From a virus (Duplodnaviria > Heunggongvirae > Uroviricota > Caudoviricetes): a stretch of 64,000 bases of DNA. The notes below the pieces were generated by a model. That model worked only from the letters and a program-made list of their open reading frames with translations. It did no database searches and was not told the DNA's origin. Positions 1 to 10,299 of the stretch are shown here, in pieces. Where the stretch lies: IMG/VR virus record IMGVR_UViG_2630968701_000002. One strand, given 5' to 3'. The position numbers and the translations under genes were made by a program. Positions within the stretch are counted from its first letter, which is position 1; each line of letters begins with the position of its first letter.

Positions 1-605
1 TTCTTTGCCCCTTCACGAACCTTTTCGATCATACGATCGGTTTCAGAGTTGCTGATTCCTTCTAAACTTCTTGCGGCTTCTAATCTTGCCTGATCAGATT
101 TTAACTGCTGAATTGTAACATCTTTTTCATTTTTTAATGCTTGTAATTCTTCAAACACTTTTGTTTTTAGTTCCTTTTTCTGTGCAACATCAACTTTTGT
201 TTCTTCAATGCTTGTTTTAATGATCTCAAGCTGTTCTTCTAAAGATACCTTCTGAGCTGCATAATATTTTGCATCTTCATCATTACCATCATCTAGACAA
301 CGATTCATATTATTCTGAGCTTTATTTAGTTTCTCATTCACTGAGTATTTATCAGATTTTAACGCATCTAAACGACCTTCGGCTTCAGAATAAAGATTAT
401 TGATCTGTTCGAATTTTTTCTGTTTTTCCTGAATCGCTGCACTAAAGATATCTTCTGCACCCTCTGGTGTTGATGCATTTTCCGCCATAATCGCCTCTGT
501 TCTTCCATGAAATTTCAGATTAAGCTGTTGACGAAACGGTTTATTGATCGCTAAGCCAACTGCTAAGATTCCAAGGAAAATAATGATAAAATAAATAACT
601 GCCAT
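1..605 (-). CDS. PspA/IM30-like coiled-coil protein with N-terminal membrane anchor, cut by the window edge
   Basis: Not in ORF track. Hand translation: MAVIYFIIIFLGILAVGLAINKPFRQQ...AAIQEKQKK...EDAKYYAAQKVSLEEQLE..., a hydrophobic N-terminus followed by a long coiled coil. The RBS sits before an ATG at 627 that is out of frame by 1 nt, so the true start is uncertain. Confidence 0.6.
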   Translation of the reverse strand, partial: MAVIYFIIIFLGILAVGLAINKPFRQQLNLKFHGRTEAIMAENASTPEGAEDIFSAAIQEKQKKFEQINNLYSEAEGRLDALKSDKYSVNEKLNKAQNNMNRCLDDGNDEDAKYYAAQKVSLEEQLEIIKTSIEETKVDVAQKKELKTKVFEELQALKNEKDVTIQQLKSDQARLEAARSLEGISNSETDRMIEKVREGAK

Positions 606-676
606 AGTTTATTGTTGCAAAGCTCATAAGCTCTGCTCTCCTTTCTTAAAATATCAAAATGTTTTAATTTCATTTT

Positions 677-716
677 AAATATGAGAGATTTGAATTTTTT
701 TATTTTTCACATATAA
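677..716 (-). promoter_or_regulatory. Representative copy of the repeated promoter-like motif
   Basis: Minus strand TTATATGTGAAAAA...ATCTCTCATATTT, upstream of an AAGGAG RBS; recurs more than 30 times (see findings). Confidence 0.75.
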
Positions 717-720
717 GAAA

Positions 721-750
721 ATGAGACTATCGAAAAAACGATAATCTCAT
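721..750 (-). terminator. Intrinsic terminator fused to the next promoter
   Basis: Inverted repeat ATGAGA.TATCG/CGATA.TCTCAT followed on the minus strand by a T-run that runs into TTATATGTG. Confidence 0.7.
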
Positions 751-760
751 ACTTTTTCCA

Positions 761-1591
761 TTATTTTTTTTGTAGTTTGTAAGAACTTAGGTCTTTTGGT
801 AATGTTACAGAAACAGATTTTCCAGGATTCTTATAGGTTACATTGATTTTTACTGTTGTCTTTCCATTCGTCAGCCCACTGAACATGTTATTATCCGTTT
901 TGCTTTTTTTCTTATTTTCAACTACAAGTGTTATAGATTCTTTCAATGGAAGATCTTTATCATTTAATGTTCTGGAACCTTTCATTGATTTAATGTTTAC
1001 ATCATCCAGAGAAAGCGTTGAATTTGATGTTCCTTTAGAATTTTTATTAGATTCCTGTTTTAGATATTTTCCAAGTTCTTTTCCATCAATGCTGTAAGCT
1101 ACAACATTATTCCCATCTTTTTTTGTTAATTTGACATCCTTGTAGCAATTTTTAGGAAGTGAAGACTGTCCAGTCATGGAATTCAATTGTTTCTGCAATT
1201 CTTTTGCATCTACTTTTTCCTTTTGTTTTGTTCCCATAGAATCAGTGTAAGAATATCCATCTGCATAATATGTATTAGCATCAAAACTCATACCGAACAT
1301 ATTAATATTCATTTTTAAGGACATTTTAGGATCTTTTTTTAGATTCTGTCCTTTGAGATTAAGATCAAGAGCAAGATTCATGCTGGATCCAGAAGAAGAT
1401 GAACTCTTTTTACCACTTTCAATCTTACAATCGACCTTTCCTGTGGCATCTATATTCTCCTGTTTCGCGCTTGCTTTTAAACTATCTTGCAAGACTTCTT
1501 CTGCAGAACGTTTTTTTGTGCATGCACTCATCGTCAAAAGAAGTGAACATGATAAAACGCCAATGGTTACTTTTTTTACATTTTTTTTCAT
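761..1591 (-). CDS. Lipoprotein (lysine-rich, beta-rich outer domain)
   Basis: MKKNVKK basic N-region, hydrophobic core and lipobox LTMSAC; RBS GGAGG supports a start at 1591. Confidence 0.75.
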   Translation of the reverse strand: MKKNVKKVTIGVLSCSLLLTMSACTKKRSAEEVLQDSLKASAKQENIDATGKVDCKIESGKKSSSSSGSSMNLALDLNLKGQNLKKDPKMSLKMNINMFGMSFDANTYYADGYSYTDSMGTKQKEKVDAKELQKQLNSMTGQSSLPKNCYKDVKLTKKDGNNVVAYSIDGKELGKYLKQESNKNSKGTSNSTLSLDDVNIKSMKGSRTLNDKDLPLKESITLVVENKKKSKTDNNMFSGLTNGKTTVKINVTYKNPGKSVSVTLPKDLSSYKLQKK

Positions 1592-1643
1592 AATGTTTCC
1601 TCCTGTTTTTTGATACATTGTATGTTATTATTCAAAAGTTATA

Positions 1644-2227
1644 TTAGTCTTCGACTAAAATCCCATAAGATTTGCAAAGTGCAGCTAATCCGCCATTATA
1701 TCCCTGTCCAACAGCGCGGAATTTCCATCCGCCATTATGGCGATATAATTCTCCAAATACAACAGCAGATTCTCTGTCATAATCTTCTGTCAGATCATAG
1801 CGAATCTCTTCTTTTCCTGTATCATTATCCACAATACGAATGAAAGCATTGTCTACCATTCCAAATGTCTGATTGCGCTCTTCATACTGATCAATCGTTA
1901 CAGTAAAAGCAATTTTTTCAACGTCCTCAGGAACTTTTGTCAGATCAACAATGATCTGTTCATCATCTCCATCTCCACCACCAGTTCTGTTGTCACCAGT
2001 ATAATGTACTGATTTTGCAAGATCATCAGAATTGTTGTAGAAAATAAAACAGTTTTCGTCCTTTACTTTTCCATTGGATGTTAATAGGAATGCAGATGCG
2101 TCAAGATCAAAATCTGCTCCATCAAATCTGTTTGTATCCCATCCTAATCCTAAAGTGATATTTTTTAAAGAAGCTCCATCTTCTTTTTTTAAGCTAACTC
2201 GGTTTCCTTTTTTAAACTAACACTCAT
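1644..2227 (-). pseudogene. terD: TerD-family stress protein with a 1-nt frameshift near the 5' end
   Basis: Adding one A to the A6 run (2208-2213) gives MSVSLKKGNRVSLKKEDGASLKNITLGLGWD...DFDLDASAF...GDNRTGGGDGDDEQI...GELYRHNGGWKFRAVGQG, a complete TerD. Confidence 0.85.
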
Positions 2228-2298
2228 CTTATGTGCTCCTTTCAAATTTTCTGAAATTAATCTTTCTACTTCAAATATGAGATTTTTAAGAAAAAAAA

Positions 2299-2874
2299 TT
2301 AGTAACTTCTTTCTTTCATTGCTGAAATACTGCCATCCATAGTTCCTTCTCCGATCGCAACAAATTTCCATTCATCGTTGTGACGATAGAGCTCTCCCAT
2401 GATCATCGCTGTTTTTCCATCGTAGTTTTCTGTCAGATCATAACGACATAATTCCTTGCCAGTTTCTTCATTGACTAAGCGGATATAAGCATTTTTGATC
2501 ATTCCAAAATCTTGTTTTCTGGAAAACGCCTGATAGATGTTTACAACACAGATTAATTTTTCAGCTTTTTTCGTAACTTTCTTAAGATCGATAGAGATCT
2601 GTTCGTCATCTCCATCGCCATCTCCGGTCAAATTATCCCCATGATGTTTGATTGCTTCATCATCAGACTCCAAATTTCGATATGAAATTTCATCAATGAC
2701 CCGTTTTGATTTACTAAGAAATCCTTTTTCTCCGACTTCAAAAACAGAAGCATCCAGATCAGCATCTTGCCCACGCTTTGTAGGATCCCATCCAAGACCG
2801 ACCATTAATTTGTTTAAGGAAGCATCTTCCTTTTTTAAACTGACACGCTGCCATTTTTTTAAACTCACACTCAT
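2299..2874 (-). CDS. terD: TerD-family stress protein
   Basis: Motifs VGLGWD, DLDAS, GDNLTGDGDGDDEQI, GELYRHNDEWKF. Confidence 0.92.
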   Translation of the reverse strand: MSVSLKKWQRVSLKKEDASLNKLMVGLGWDPTKRGQDADLDASVFEVGEKGFLSKSKRVIDEISYRNLESDDEAIKHHGDNLTGDGDGDDEQISIDLKKVTKKAEKLICVVNIYQAFSRKQDFGMIKNAYIRLVNEETGKELCRYDLTENYDGKTAMIMGELYRHNDEWKFVAIGEGTMDGSISAMKERSY

Positions 2875-3284
2875 ATGCTTTTCTCCTTTCTATGAGACGT
2901 TTTAAAAAAACTTCATATTAAATATGAGATTTAAGAAAAAAAATCTGACGCTGTAAAAAAGGGGCAAAAAAAGGAAGAACAGCAAAATTACTGATCTTCT
3001 TCAAAATATTTAATGGCAATAGTCTTCATTTGCGAGCATTTTTAGATAAAAATCAGGAGTCTTCGGTCATTTATTGATCGAGATAAAGCGTCAAATTCTT
3101 ATATGTGAAAAATAAATACAAAAAAAAGAACAGTAAAATTACTGCTCTTTCGATTCGTCTGTTTGTTTTTCTTGTTTAGGATTTTTGCAGATCTTATCAT
3201 CGCATTCCAAACATTCAAGGTATAAGACTTTTTCTCCTGTGATCGGACACCATTTTGCCATGATTATTCTACTCCTCTCTGAAA

Positions 3285-4007
3285 TTAGTTTAATAGGAAA
3301 TCCAAGTTCCTTACATATGCAATAGTTTCAAAATCTACCAAAAACTTTCCGAATCGATGAATTGTGTAAACTAGATCACATTTAGAACATTTTGCACACA
3401 ACATATTGCCTTCTGTATATAACAATATATTACCTTCGTCTGTAGCGATAAGACAACCATGACTGATATAAGATGTTCCTGTGATATAAGTTGTGTCTCC
3501 CCAAACTTTATTTGGGTTAAATTTCGACAAACTAAGTTTTAGATTTTCAATGGTATTTCCATCATCACATAATATCCACTGATCATTATCATCCTTTCTT
3601 AAATATATCTGTAGAAAATCGTTTTGGCGGTCAAGATATGGAAGTGTTAATTCGTAGAATACCTGTCCGTCATTTTCTCTTTGGATTTCTTTCATGCTCA
3701 CAGAATCTTGTAATGATTCCAAATATTCTTTTTTGATCTTATATGGAATATCAGTCAACTCTTTTAAATCTGCATTTTCAATGATCCGCAAATATTGGTC
3801 CAAGGTTTCTTCTGAGATATAATCCAATACACAATTGCACGAATATTTGGCATTTAGATGTTTTTGTATTGGACATTGTGGAACATGATATCTCTTACCA
3901 TCCTTTTTACATTTCACATATTCTTGACATTGACAGTTACGAGAACGGCAATATTTTAACAATTTTTCTCCTTTTGGCAATGTTACACCATGAATTTTAT
4001 CATTCAT
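3285..4007 (-). CDS. Cys-rich N-terminus plus DUF1828-like domain
   Basis: ELTLPYLDRQNDFLQIYLRK...ILCDDGNTIENL resembles DUF1828. Confidence 0.5.
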   Translation of the reverse strand: MNDKIHGVTLPKGEKLLKYCRSRNCQCQEYVKCKKDGKRYHVPQCPIQKHLNAKYSCNCVLDYISEETLDQYLRIIENADLKELTDIPYKIKKEYLESLQDSVSMKEIQRENDGQVFYELTLPYLDRQNDFLQIYLRKDDNDQWILCDDGNTIENLKLSLSKFNPNKVWGDTTYITGTSYISHGCLIATDEGNILLYTEGNMLCAKCSKCDLVYTIHRFGKFLVDFETIAYVRNLDFLLN

Positions 4008-4424
4008 CGACAATTTCTCCTTCTTCATTTAATTTAAATTTCTCCGTGTATTCTTCGAATTTTTGTATACATTTATCAAGATCTGTATCACATCCCCATA
4101 TTCGAACCTTGCAATGTTTTTTCTCGATTCATATTCTTTCTCCTTTCGTCATATGAATTGTTTCATTATAAATATGTAGGATTTTCGGCATAATAAAATT
4201 CATATATAAAAAAAAGCCGAAGAAAATTCTCCGACTTCAAATACGTATGCTTTCTATCTTATCTTTCAATTATCTAATGATGGAAGATCGCAATTACCAT
4301 AGTATTCATTTCTTAAATCATCTAAGGTCATACGCCATGGTTTGAGATTCCCATCTGTATTAATTGTCCAAAATACCAATTTTTCCATTATGATTTTCTC
4401 ATTTCTTATTTTACTAGACTATTT

Positions 4425-4754
4425 TTAACAATCAACCTCCAATAAATTATGCTCATAGGCATATATAACTTTTTCCTTCATGTACTCAGGATCATTACTG
4501 GATAACATCTGAATTTTGCTAGGCATCTGATACTGAAATTTCATCATTCCATTCTTGGATTCCTTTTTGCGTTGTTTATCATTGAAAGTTTTATTTCCAA
4601 TAGTTACAGGGCCATAGCCATATTTAATATATGTACCTAGCCATATGTTTGGGACCGATTTATTTGCAAACACACAAAGGTAATCTTTTCCAAGTTTTAC
4701 GTCATAGTAGTTCTGATAATTATTTTCTCCATATTTCCATTCGTATTGATTCAT
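4425..4754 (-). CDS. Hypothetical protein
   Basis: 109-aa ORF with AGGAGA RBS. Confidence 0.6.
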   Translation of the reverse strand: MNQYEWKYGENNYQNYYDVKLGKDYLCVFANKSVPNIWLGTYIKYGYGPVTIGNKTFNDKQRKKESKNGMMKFQYQMPSKIQMLSSNDPEYMKEKVIYAYEHNLLEVDC

Positions 4755-4767
4755 TGATTTTCTCCTT

Positions 4768-5973
4768 TTATGATGCTTTGAAATTGAACACAGGTTTCAT
4801 TACTTCCACAATATTTACTGACTCACTGACCACATCAATGATATCTTCTAATGATTTATAAGCCATCGGTGCTTCATCTAATGTACATTCATTGACTGAT
4901 GTTGTATAAATTCCACTCATAGATTTCTTATACTCTTCCATATCAACTGTTTCTCTGGCTTTTGACCTGGACATTAACCTGCCTGCACCATGTGGTGCTG
5001 ACTGATTCCATTCATCGTTCCCTTTTCCAATAGCAAGAATCGATCCGTCTCGCATATTTACTGGAATTAGAACTTTTTTACCTTTATGTGCTGCGATCGC
5101 ACCTTTTCTTAAGATCATTTCTTCTGTGTCAATGTAATTGTGAATTGTATGAAATGATTCTTCTGCTGTCATACCAGTTCTTTCTAAAATGATCTGAGCC
5201 ATTTTTTCTCTGCTTTTTCTTGCAAATTCCTGACAAATTTCTACATCATGTAAGTAATCTTTGAAAGATTTTCCATATAACCAGCAAAGTGAATTTGGAA
5301 TATTTAAAATTTTTGATTCATATTCTTTTTTCAATTCTACTAATGCTGCTTGTATCTCTTTGCTTTTACCAGTAGATTTGTAAGTTTCGATGATCGCTGC
5401 TTTCTTAGCAGCATATTCTTCTTTTCCCATATGTAATTCAATGGCAAGCTGTTGATAATATTCAGCAACCTGTTTTCCGAGATTACGACTACCGGAATGA
5501 ATGATAAGATAATAGGCTCCATTGGATGCCTGATCGATTTCAATAAAATGGTTCCCGCTGCCTAATGTTCCCATAGATTTTTCTAACCTATCAGGATTTT
5601 TCAAGCTTTTATAACATCTTAATCGTTCAAGATCAAAATCAGAGTTATTTTCTTCCCATACATCTCTTCCAGAAGGAATATAATGACAAACTTCATCGAT
5701 TTTTTTAAAATCAAGCTCTTTTCCTTTTAATTGAATTGTATACATTCCGCATCCGATATCAACACCGACAACATTTGGGCATGCTTTATCAGATACTGTC
5801 ATAGTTGTACCAATAGTACAACCTGCTCCTGCATGTACATCAGGCATAATACGAATCTTGCTGCCTTCTGTTAATCCATAATTACACATGGTCCGAATCT
5901 GTTCAATCGCATCATCTTCGATCACTTTTGCATAACAGATAGCAGTATTTACCTTTCCTTTGATTTCTAACAT
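4768..5973 (-). CDS. rtcB: RtcB RNA ligase (3'-phosphate/5'-OH)
   Basis: MPDVHAG, VGVDIGCG, GTLGSGNHFIE, HSGSR, HNYID, RKGA, PHGAGR, DEAPMAYK. Confidence 0.95.
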   Translation of the reverse strand: MLEIKGKVNTAICYAKVIEDDAIEQIRTMCNYGLTEGSKIRIMPDVHAGAGCTIGTTMTVSDKACPNVVGVDIGCGMYTIQLKGKELDFKKIDEVCHYIPSGRDVWEENNSDFDLERLRCYKSLKNPDRLEKSMGTLGSGNHFIEIDQASNGAYYLIIHSGSRNLGKQVAEYYQQLAIELHMGKEEYAAKKAAIIETYKSTGKSKEIQAALVELKKEYESKILNIPNSLCWLYGKSFKDYLHDVEICQEFARKSREKMAQIILERTGMTAEESFHTIHNYIDTEEMILRKGAIAAHKGKKVLIPVNMRDGSILAIGKGNDEWNQSAPHGAGRLMSRSKARETVDMEEYKKSMSGIYTTSVNECTLDEAPMAYKSLEDIIDVVSESVNIVEVMKPVFNFKAS

Positions 5974-5984
5974 ATTTTCTCCTT

Positions 5985-6737
5985 TTAAAAAGCATTAATT
6001 AATTCACCCATAACATCTACATCTTCATATTTAGGATCAGAATATTCATCCAAATACCCCATATTACAGATACAATGGATGTCATTTGTATCATAGTCAA
6101 ACTGCTTGATAAAATCACTGAATAATCCATCAAAGATATTAGGAAGCTTTTTATGATCACATTCATATTCATTTCCTGTTACCGCTTTTAATTGACTCTT
6201 TTCGATGCCACAAGTCTTCAAAAATATTTTATATCTGGATAATAAAGCATCATCTTCACAAATGGTCATGTTCGTAATTAATCTTTTTCTTTCAGTATTC
6301 CAAAGGATACGATCATATAATTCCAATAAATCGCATTCTGGTAATTTAACATGAAAGTTTAGATGTTTTAATATATCTGTTTCTCCTGCGCCTATGATTT
6401 CATAAGAAATATCTTCTCCTACAGAAACTATATAAGAATCAATGATAGCATTTTGAATATCTTTGAAATTTTCTAGACTGTCATTTTTATAATCTTTCAA
6501 TAACTGATTATAAATAATAGAAATCTTTTCTTCGTTTGAGTAAACATCTGGATTATACATGTTTTCCTCATACATAAAACGTTCATCTACATCCATCAAA
6601 AGAAAAGAGTCCTCCTCATTTACTGTGCATTCAATGCATTCCGTATCTTTATACCAACAAGACTCAAATTCTAATGTTCCAACATCCATTGCGGCATCGA
6701 CCATTTCTTTTGTGAGTAAAAAACCTATTGTTTTCAT
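5985..6737 (-). CDS. Hypothetical protein, paralog family A
   Basis: Shares FHVKLPECDLLELYD...DGLF..F with the next gene. Confidence 0.7.
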   Translation of the reverse strand: MKTIGFLLTKEMVDAAMDVGTLEFESCWYKDTECIECTVNEEDSFLLMDVDERFMYEENMYNPDVYSNEEKISIIYNQLLKDYKNDSLENFKDIQNAIIDSYIVSVGEDISYEIIGAGETDILKHLNFHVKLPECDLLELYDRILWNTERKRLITNMTICEDDALLSRYKIFLKTCGIEKSQLKAVTGNEYECDHKKLPNIFDGLFSDFIKQFDYDTNDIHCICNMGYLDEYSDPKYEDVDVMGELINAF

Positions 6738-6760
6738 AATTTTCTCCTTTTAAAAATAAC

Positions 6761-7726
6761 TCATTCAAATACAAATTCCATTTTTCTTCCGATTAAAACA
6801 CCATCTGCGCATGTAAAATCATGAATACGATAGATCCCATTTGCTTCAAAATTAAATGACTCTAAGAAATGTTTAAACATTCCATCATAAAGTTTTGAAA
6901 ATCTCTCAGGATCTCGTTCATAACAATTTCCAATCAATACATCATTGAATTCGTTTATATTAATTTCTTCTCCGATGGCATTCGCATATTTACTAGCATA
7001 TCGATTACAACAAACATCATTATCACATGAATTAGCGTTAACCATCAGATGATTTCGATCACGATGATAAATAAAAAGGTCATACAATTTCAATAAATCG
7101 CATTCTTGCATTCTTACATGAAAATCTAAAGTATTTGTTTTTTTAATCCCTTCATATGCCATATACTGTATATATTGATCAATGATATTTTCCTGGATTT
7201 CATTAAATAATTTTGCATCCATGCTCCTATACTGTGTTCTTAGATAAGAAAATATGATTTCGACTTTTCTAATGTCAGATGATATAGATAATGATTCTAT
7301 TCCAATTGTAAATCTTACATTGCTTGGATATAGAATTACTTTGATCTTTCCATCACCTTGTTCTTCATAATTGAAAATTGTTTGATAAATTCCAATAGCG
7401 ATCATTTCCTTTGTGATCAGAAAAGGATCTTTTAGATCTGGTTTAGAATATGAATATCTGCAATCATAATTTAACAAATCTGCTTCGTCATCATCAAATC
7501 TATCAACATAGTCATATTCGCTCTCAGGATGGACCACTTTAGATTCAATAAGATTCTTATTTTTTAGTCCGATCGCATATGGATATCCATCTAGTTCTGC
7601 AATTGCGTTTCCAAGCAGATTCTCAATGATCCATTTCTGCTGAGGTCCTGCTTTTTCAAACATATCAGAATTGTATACTGTTTTTTGCATTTCTTTTAAC
7701 ATTCTGACAACTTTTTTCCTTTTCAT
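6761..7726 (-). CDS. Hypothetical protein, paralog family A
   Basis: FHVRMQECDLLKLYD...DGMFKHF; RBS AGGAGA. Confidence 0.7.
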   Translation of the reverse strand: MKRKKVVRMLKEMQKTVYNSDMFEKAGPQQKWIIENLLGNAIAELDGYPYAIGLKNKNLIESKVVHPESEYDYVDRFDDDEADLLNYDCRYSYSKPDLKDPFLITKEMIAIGIYQTIFNYEEQGDGKIKVILYPSNVRFTIGIESLSISSDIRKVEIIFSYLRTQYRSMDAKLFNEIQENIIDQYIQYMAYEGIKKTNTLDFHVRMQECDLLKLYDLFIYHRDRNHLMVNANSCDNDVCCNRYASKYANAIGEEININEFNDVLIGNCYERDPERFSKLYDGMFKHFLESFNFEANGIYRIHDFTCADGVLIGRKMEFVFE

Positions 7727-7738
7727 AAATTTTCTCCT

Positions 7739-8296
7739 TTAAAATTTCACACGATTTGAAAGACGATGCTTTAAAACAGACCATCCTGCTTCATGACTTG
7801 TTTGGATGAATAATGAGATAGTATCACTTTCTCCATCCAACTCATTGTATTTTACTCGTGCTTCTGTATGATCAGATGTAATAAAACATTCTTTTTCATC
7901 TTTCTCTGAATTGTAAGAAAGTACACGATATCGAGGATATCCTTCTTCTTTTATTGCTTCAACAGAGTATGGAATATCAATGTCAGGTAAAATACCGGAA
8001 AGCTTTGATGCGAGTGTCGTATAGGCAATATCATAAGCTTCTTCCAAGTTTTCTGCTTTGACGTTAAAATTACCAAAACAAGCTTTATCATTGATATAAA
8101 GTTTAAAACAATACTCAATTAATGGAATACTTCTTTTCGTTACACCCCATTTGCACAACTTTTCACTCAATTCATTGTACAATTTAGGTCTTGTCTGTTT
8201 ATCGATATGATAACTAAGACATAATTCGATACTATCGATCATATCATCGATAAGATAGCGGCGATTCTGTTCTATGAAATTGTTAGTATTTGTCAT
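7739..8296 (-). CDS. Hypothetical protein, paralog family B
   Basis: LYNELSEKLCKWG...LIEYCFKLYINDK...LPDIDIPY shared with the next gene. Confidence 0.7.
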   Translation of the reverse strand: MTNTNNFIEQNRRYLIDDMIDSIELCLSYHIDKQTRPKLYNELSEKLCKWGVTKRSIPLIEYCFKLYINDKACFGNFNVKAENLEEAYDIAYTTLASKLSGILPDIDIPYSVEAIKEEGYPRYRVLSYNSEKDEKECFITSDHTEARVKYNELDGESDTISLFIQTSHEAGWSVLKHRLSNRVKF

Positions 8297-8394
8297 AATT
8301 TTTCTCCTTTAAATTCTAATCTAAAAATGAAGTTCCACGAACCACATAATAAAAAGTGGCAAGTGGACTTCTACTATTAATTACTTATTTTCTC

Positions 8395-9156
8395 TTATTC
8401 TCCATAGCATTTTAGCTCTGACCAATCTGCTTTGCTGCATGTTTTGATCAGCAGATAAACAACAGTATCATTTTTTTCTTTTTTTACAGCCTTAACTAAT
8501 TGTTCATATTTTTGTGAAGCTGTAGTATATTCATACATTGTAAAAGAACTTCTATGATAGTTTTTATCAATGGAAAGAACACTATATCTTGGATACCATT
8601 CCTCTTCAATGACTTTTAGATAATATGGAATATCAACATCAGGAAGTGCCGCAGACAGATTATTCGAAACAATAGAATATGCTTTGTTGTAAGCTTTTTC
8701 TAAACTTTCTGCTTTAATAGAAATATATCCATTACAAGTTTTATCGTTGATAATAATCTTAAAACAATATTCAATCAACGATGCTACTTGTGTTGAAATA
8801 CCCCATTTGAAGCACTGATGTCCCAACTTATTATATAATCTAGTCTGAGCGTTTTCATCAGTTTCTGTATTCGTACATTCTTCAAAGATTTTGATCATAT
8901 CGCTAAGATACTTTTTCGTATCATTTTCATCAAGCCTTGCAAAAGGATTTTTATCTTCATTTTCTTTCCAACCAAAAATATAGGATGGAGAAAATCCACT
9001 GATTCTTGCAAGATCCTGTATTACGCTTGATGGAACAAGATTTCCGTTTTCATAATCAGATAATCTTTTTTCATCAATGTCTAATTCTTCTGCAAGTTCT
9101 GCCTGAGTCATTCCAAGTTTGCCTCTGATTTCTCTCATTCGGTTTCCAATAGTCAT
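8395..9156 (-). CDS. XRE-family HTH fused to a family B domain
   Basis: IGNRMREIRGKLGMTQAELAEEL...LSDYENG HTH, then LIEYCFKIIINDK...LPDVDIPY. Confidence 0.8.
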   Translation of the reverse strand: MTIGNRMREIRGKLGMTQAELAEELDIDEKRLSDYENGNLVPSSVIQDLARISGFSPSYIFGWKENEDKNPFARLDENDTKKYLSDMIKIFEECTNTETDENAQTRLYNKLGHQCFKWGISTQVASLIEYCFKIIINDKTCNGYISIKAESLEKAYNKAYSIVSNNLSAALPDVDIPYYLKVIEEEWYPRYSVLSIDKNYHRSSFTMYEYTTASQKYEQLVKAVKKEKNDTVVYLLIKTCSKADWSELKCYGE

Positions 9157-9171
9157 AATTTTTCTCCTTTT

Positions 9172-9414
9172 TTAAAATTCAACCACACAAAACGGAATAT
9201 GGGTACACACATTTCCTTTAGATCGAAGCCATTCACAGGTTTCATCTACAAGATAATCTGTATCAGCATATTCTGTTTTCCGTTTTAGAGCTCGGATGTA
9301 ATCTAATATGGAGGAATAATCGAAATCAGATCCAGTAACCTGAATAACGATCTGTACATAATCCCCATTTCCGTCCACATTAAGTTCGTTAAAGCTAAAA
9401 ATTTCTGTTTTCAT
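9172..9414 (-). CDS. Hypothetical protein
   Basis: 80-aa ORF with RBS. Confidence 0.6.
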   Translation of the reverse strand: MKTEIFSFNELNVDGNGDYVQIVIQVTGSDFDYSSILDYIRALKRKTEYADTDYLVDETCEWLRSKGNVCTHIPFCVVEF

Positions 9415-9473
9415 AAGTTTTTCTCCTTTAAATATGATAATTTTTCTGAATACAATTTTTCATATATAAAAAA

Positions 9474-10076
9474 TTATCCAATATGTTCGCAATATCCAAC
9501 GAGATATCGAACAGGAAGTTTTTCTTTCTGTTTCAGATTTTCCTGACAAATTTCGTCTGAAAGCTTCTGGATATTATTCTGATAACGCTGTGTTGTTTCA
9601 ATGACTGTTTTAGAACGCAGATCATGTTTGCATAAAGGACACATATTTCGCAAAATGTATTTTTTATTGATCTTAGATTCACATTTTGGGCATGTGATTA
9701 ATTTCGCCTTGAAATTTTTGCAATCATTTTTCTTGATATAATCGTTTAATTTCTGATGTTCTTTTTCTAAGCGTTCTTTTGAGGTCTTTATACGTTTTGT
9801 TTCTTTTGCAGCACTGGTGTCATAAAAGGCAGCAGCCACATTATATTCTTTTGCCCAACTAGCATATGATTCGCCTAATGCTTTAGAAGCTTCTTCCTGA
9901 GAATCATAAATTTTTCCTTTATGAAAAGGTTTAATTTTCATGATGTCCGTTCCCATATACGGAAATTCCTCCAAATCTGCATTATGTCTTACAGCAGACG
10001 ACAAGGATAAATATGCCTTTTTTAAAGTCTTTTCCGTCATATCATTAATAACAAATTCTCCACTGATCCAACTCAT
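9474..10076 (-). CDS. Hypothetical protein with zinc ribbon
   Basis: CPKC...CPLC motifs. Confidence 0.7.
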   Translation of the reverse strand: MSWISGEFVINDMTEKTLKKAYLSLSSAVRHNADLEEFPYMGTDIMKIKPFHKGKIYDSQEEASKALGESYASWAKEYNVAAAFYDTSAAKETKRIKTSKERLEKEHQKLNDYIKKNDCKNFKAKLITCPKCESKINKKYILRNMCPLCKHDLRSKTVIETTQRYQNNIQKLSDEICQENLKQKEKLPVRYLVGYCEHIG

Positions 10077-10299
10077 TAATTTTTTCTCCTTTTCTTTTAA
10101 ATTATATTTTCATTTGAAATTACACTACTCTCAAACCCTTGAAAGCATAGTATTTAGTTTTTCTCCTTTCTCTAAATCGTCATTATTTGTTTACATGTTA
10201 AATATGAGTGATGGAAGATTTTATAAAAAATACTTGCAGTTCGAACATACTTTCTGTATAATACAAAAGAAGCATAAATTGAATTTGCATGGACGGTTT

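Noticed and set aside
4270-4420. Short open stretch NGKIGIWTINTDGNLKPWRMTLDDL...
   Set aside because: There is an in-frame stop just upstream and no usable start; at most a small gene remnant.
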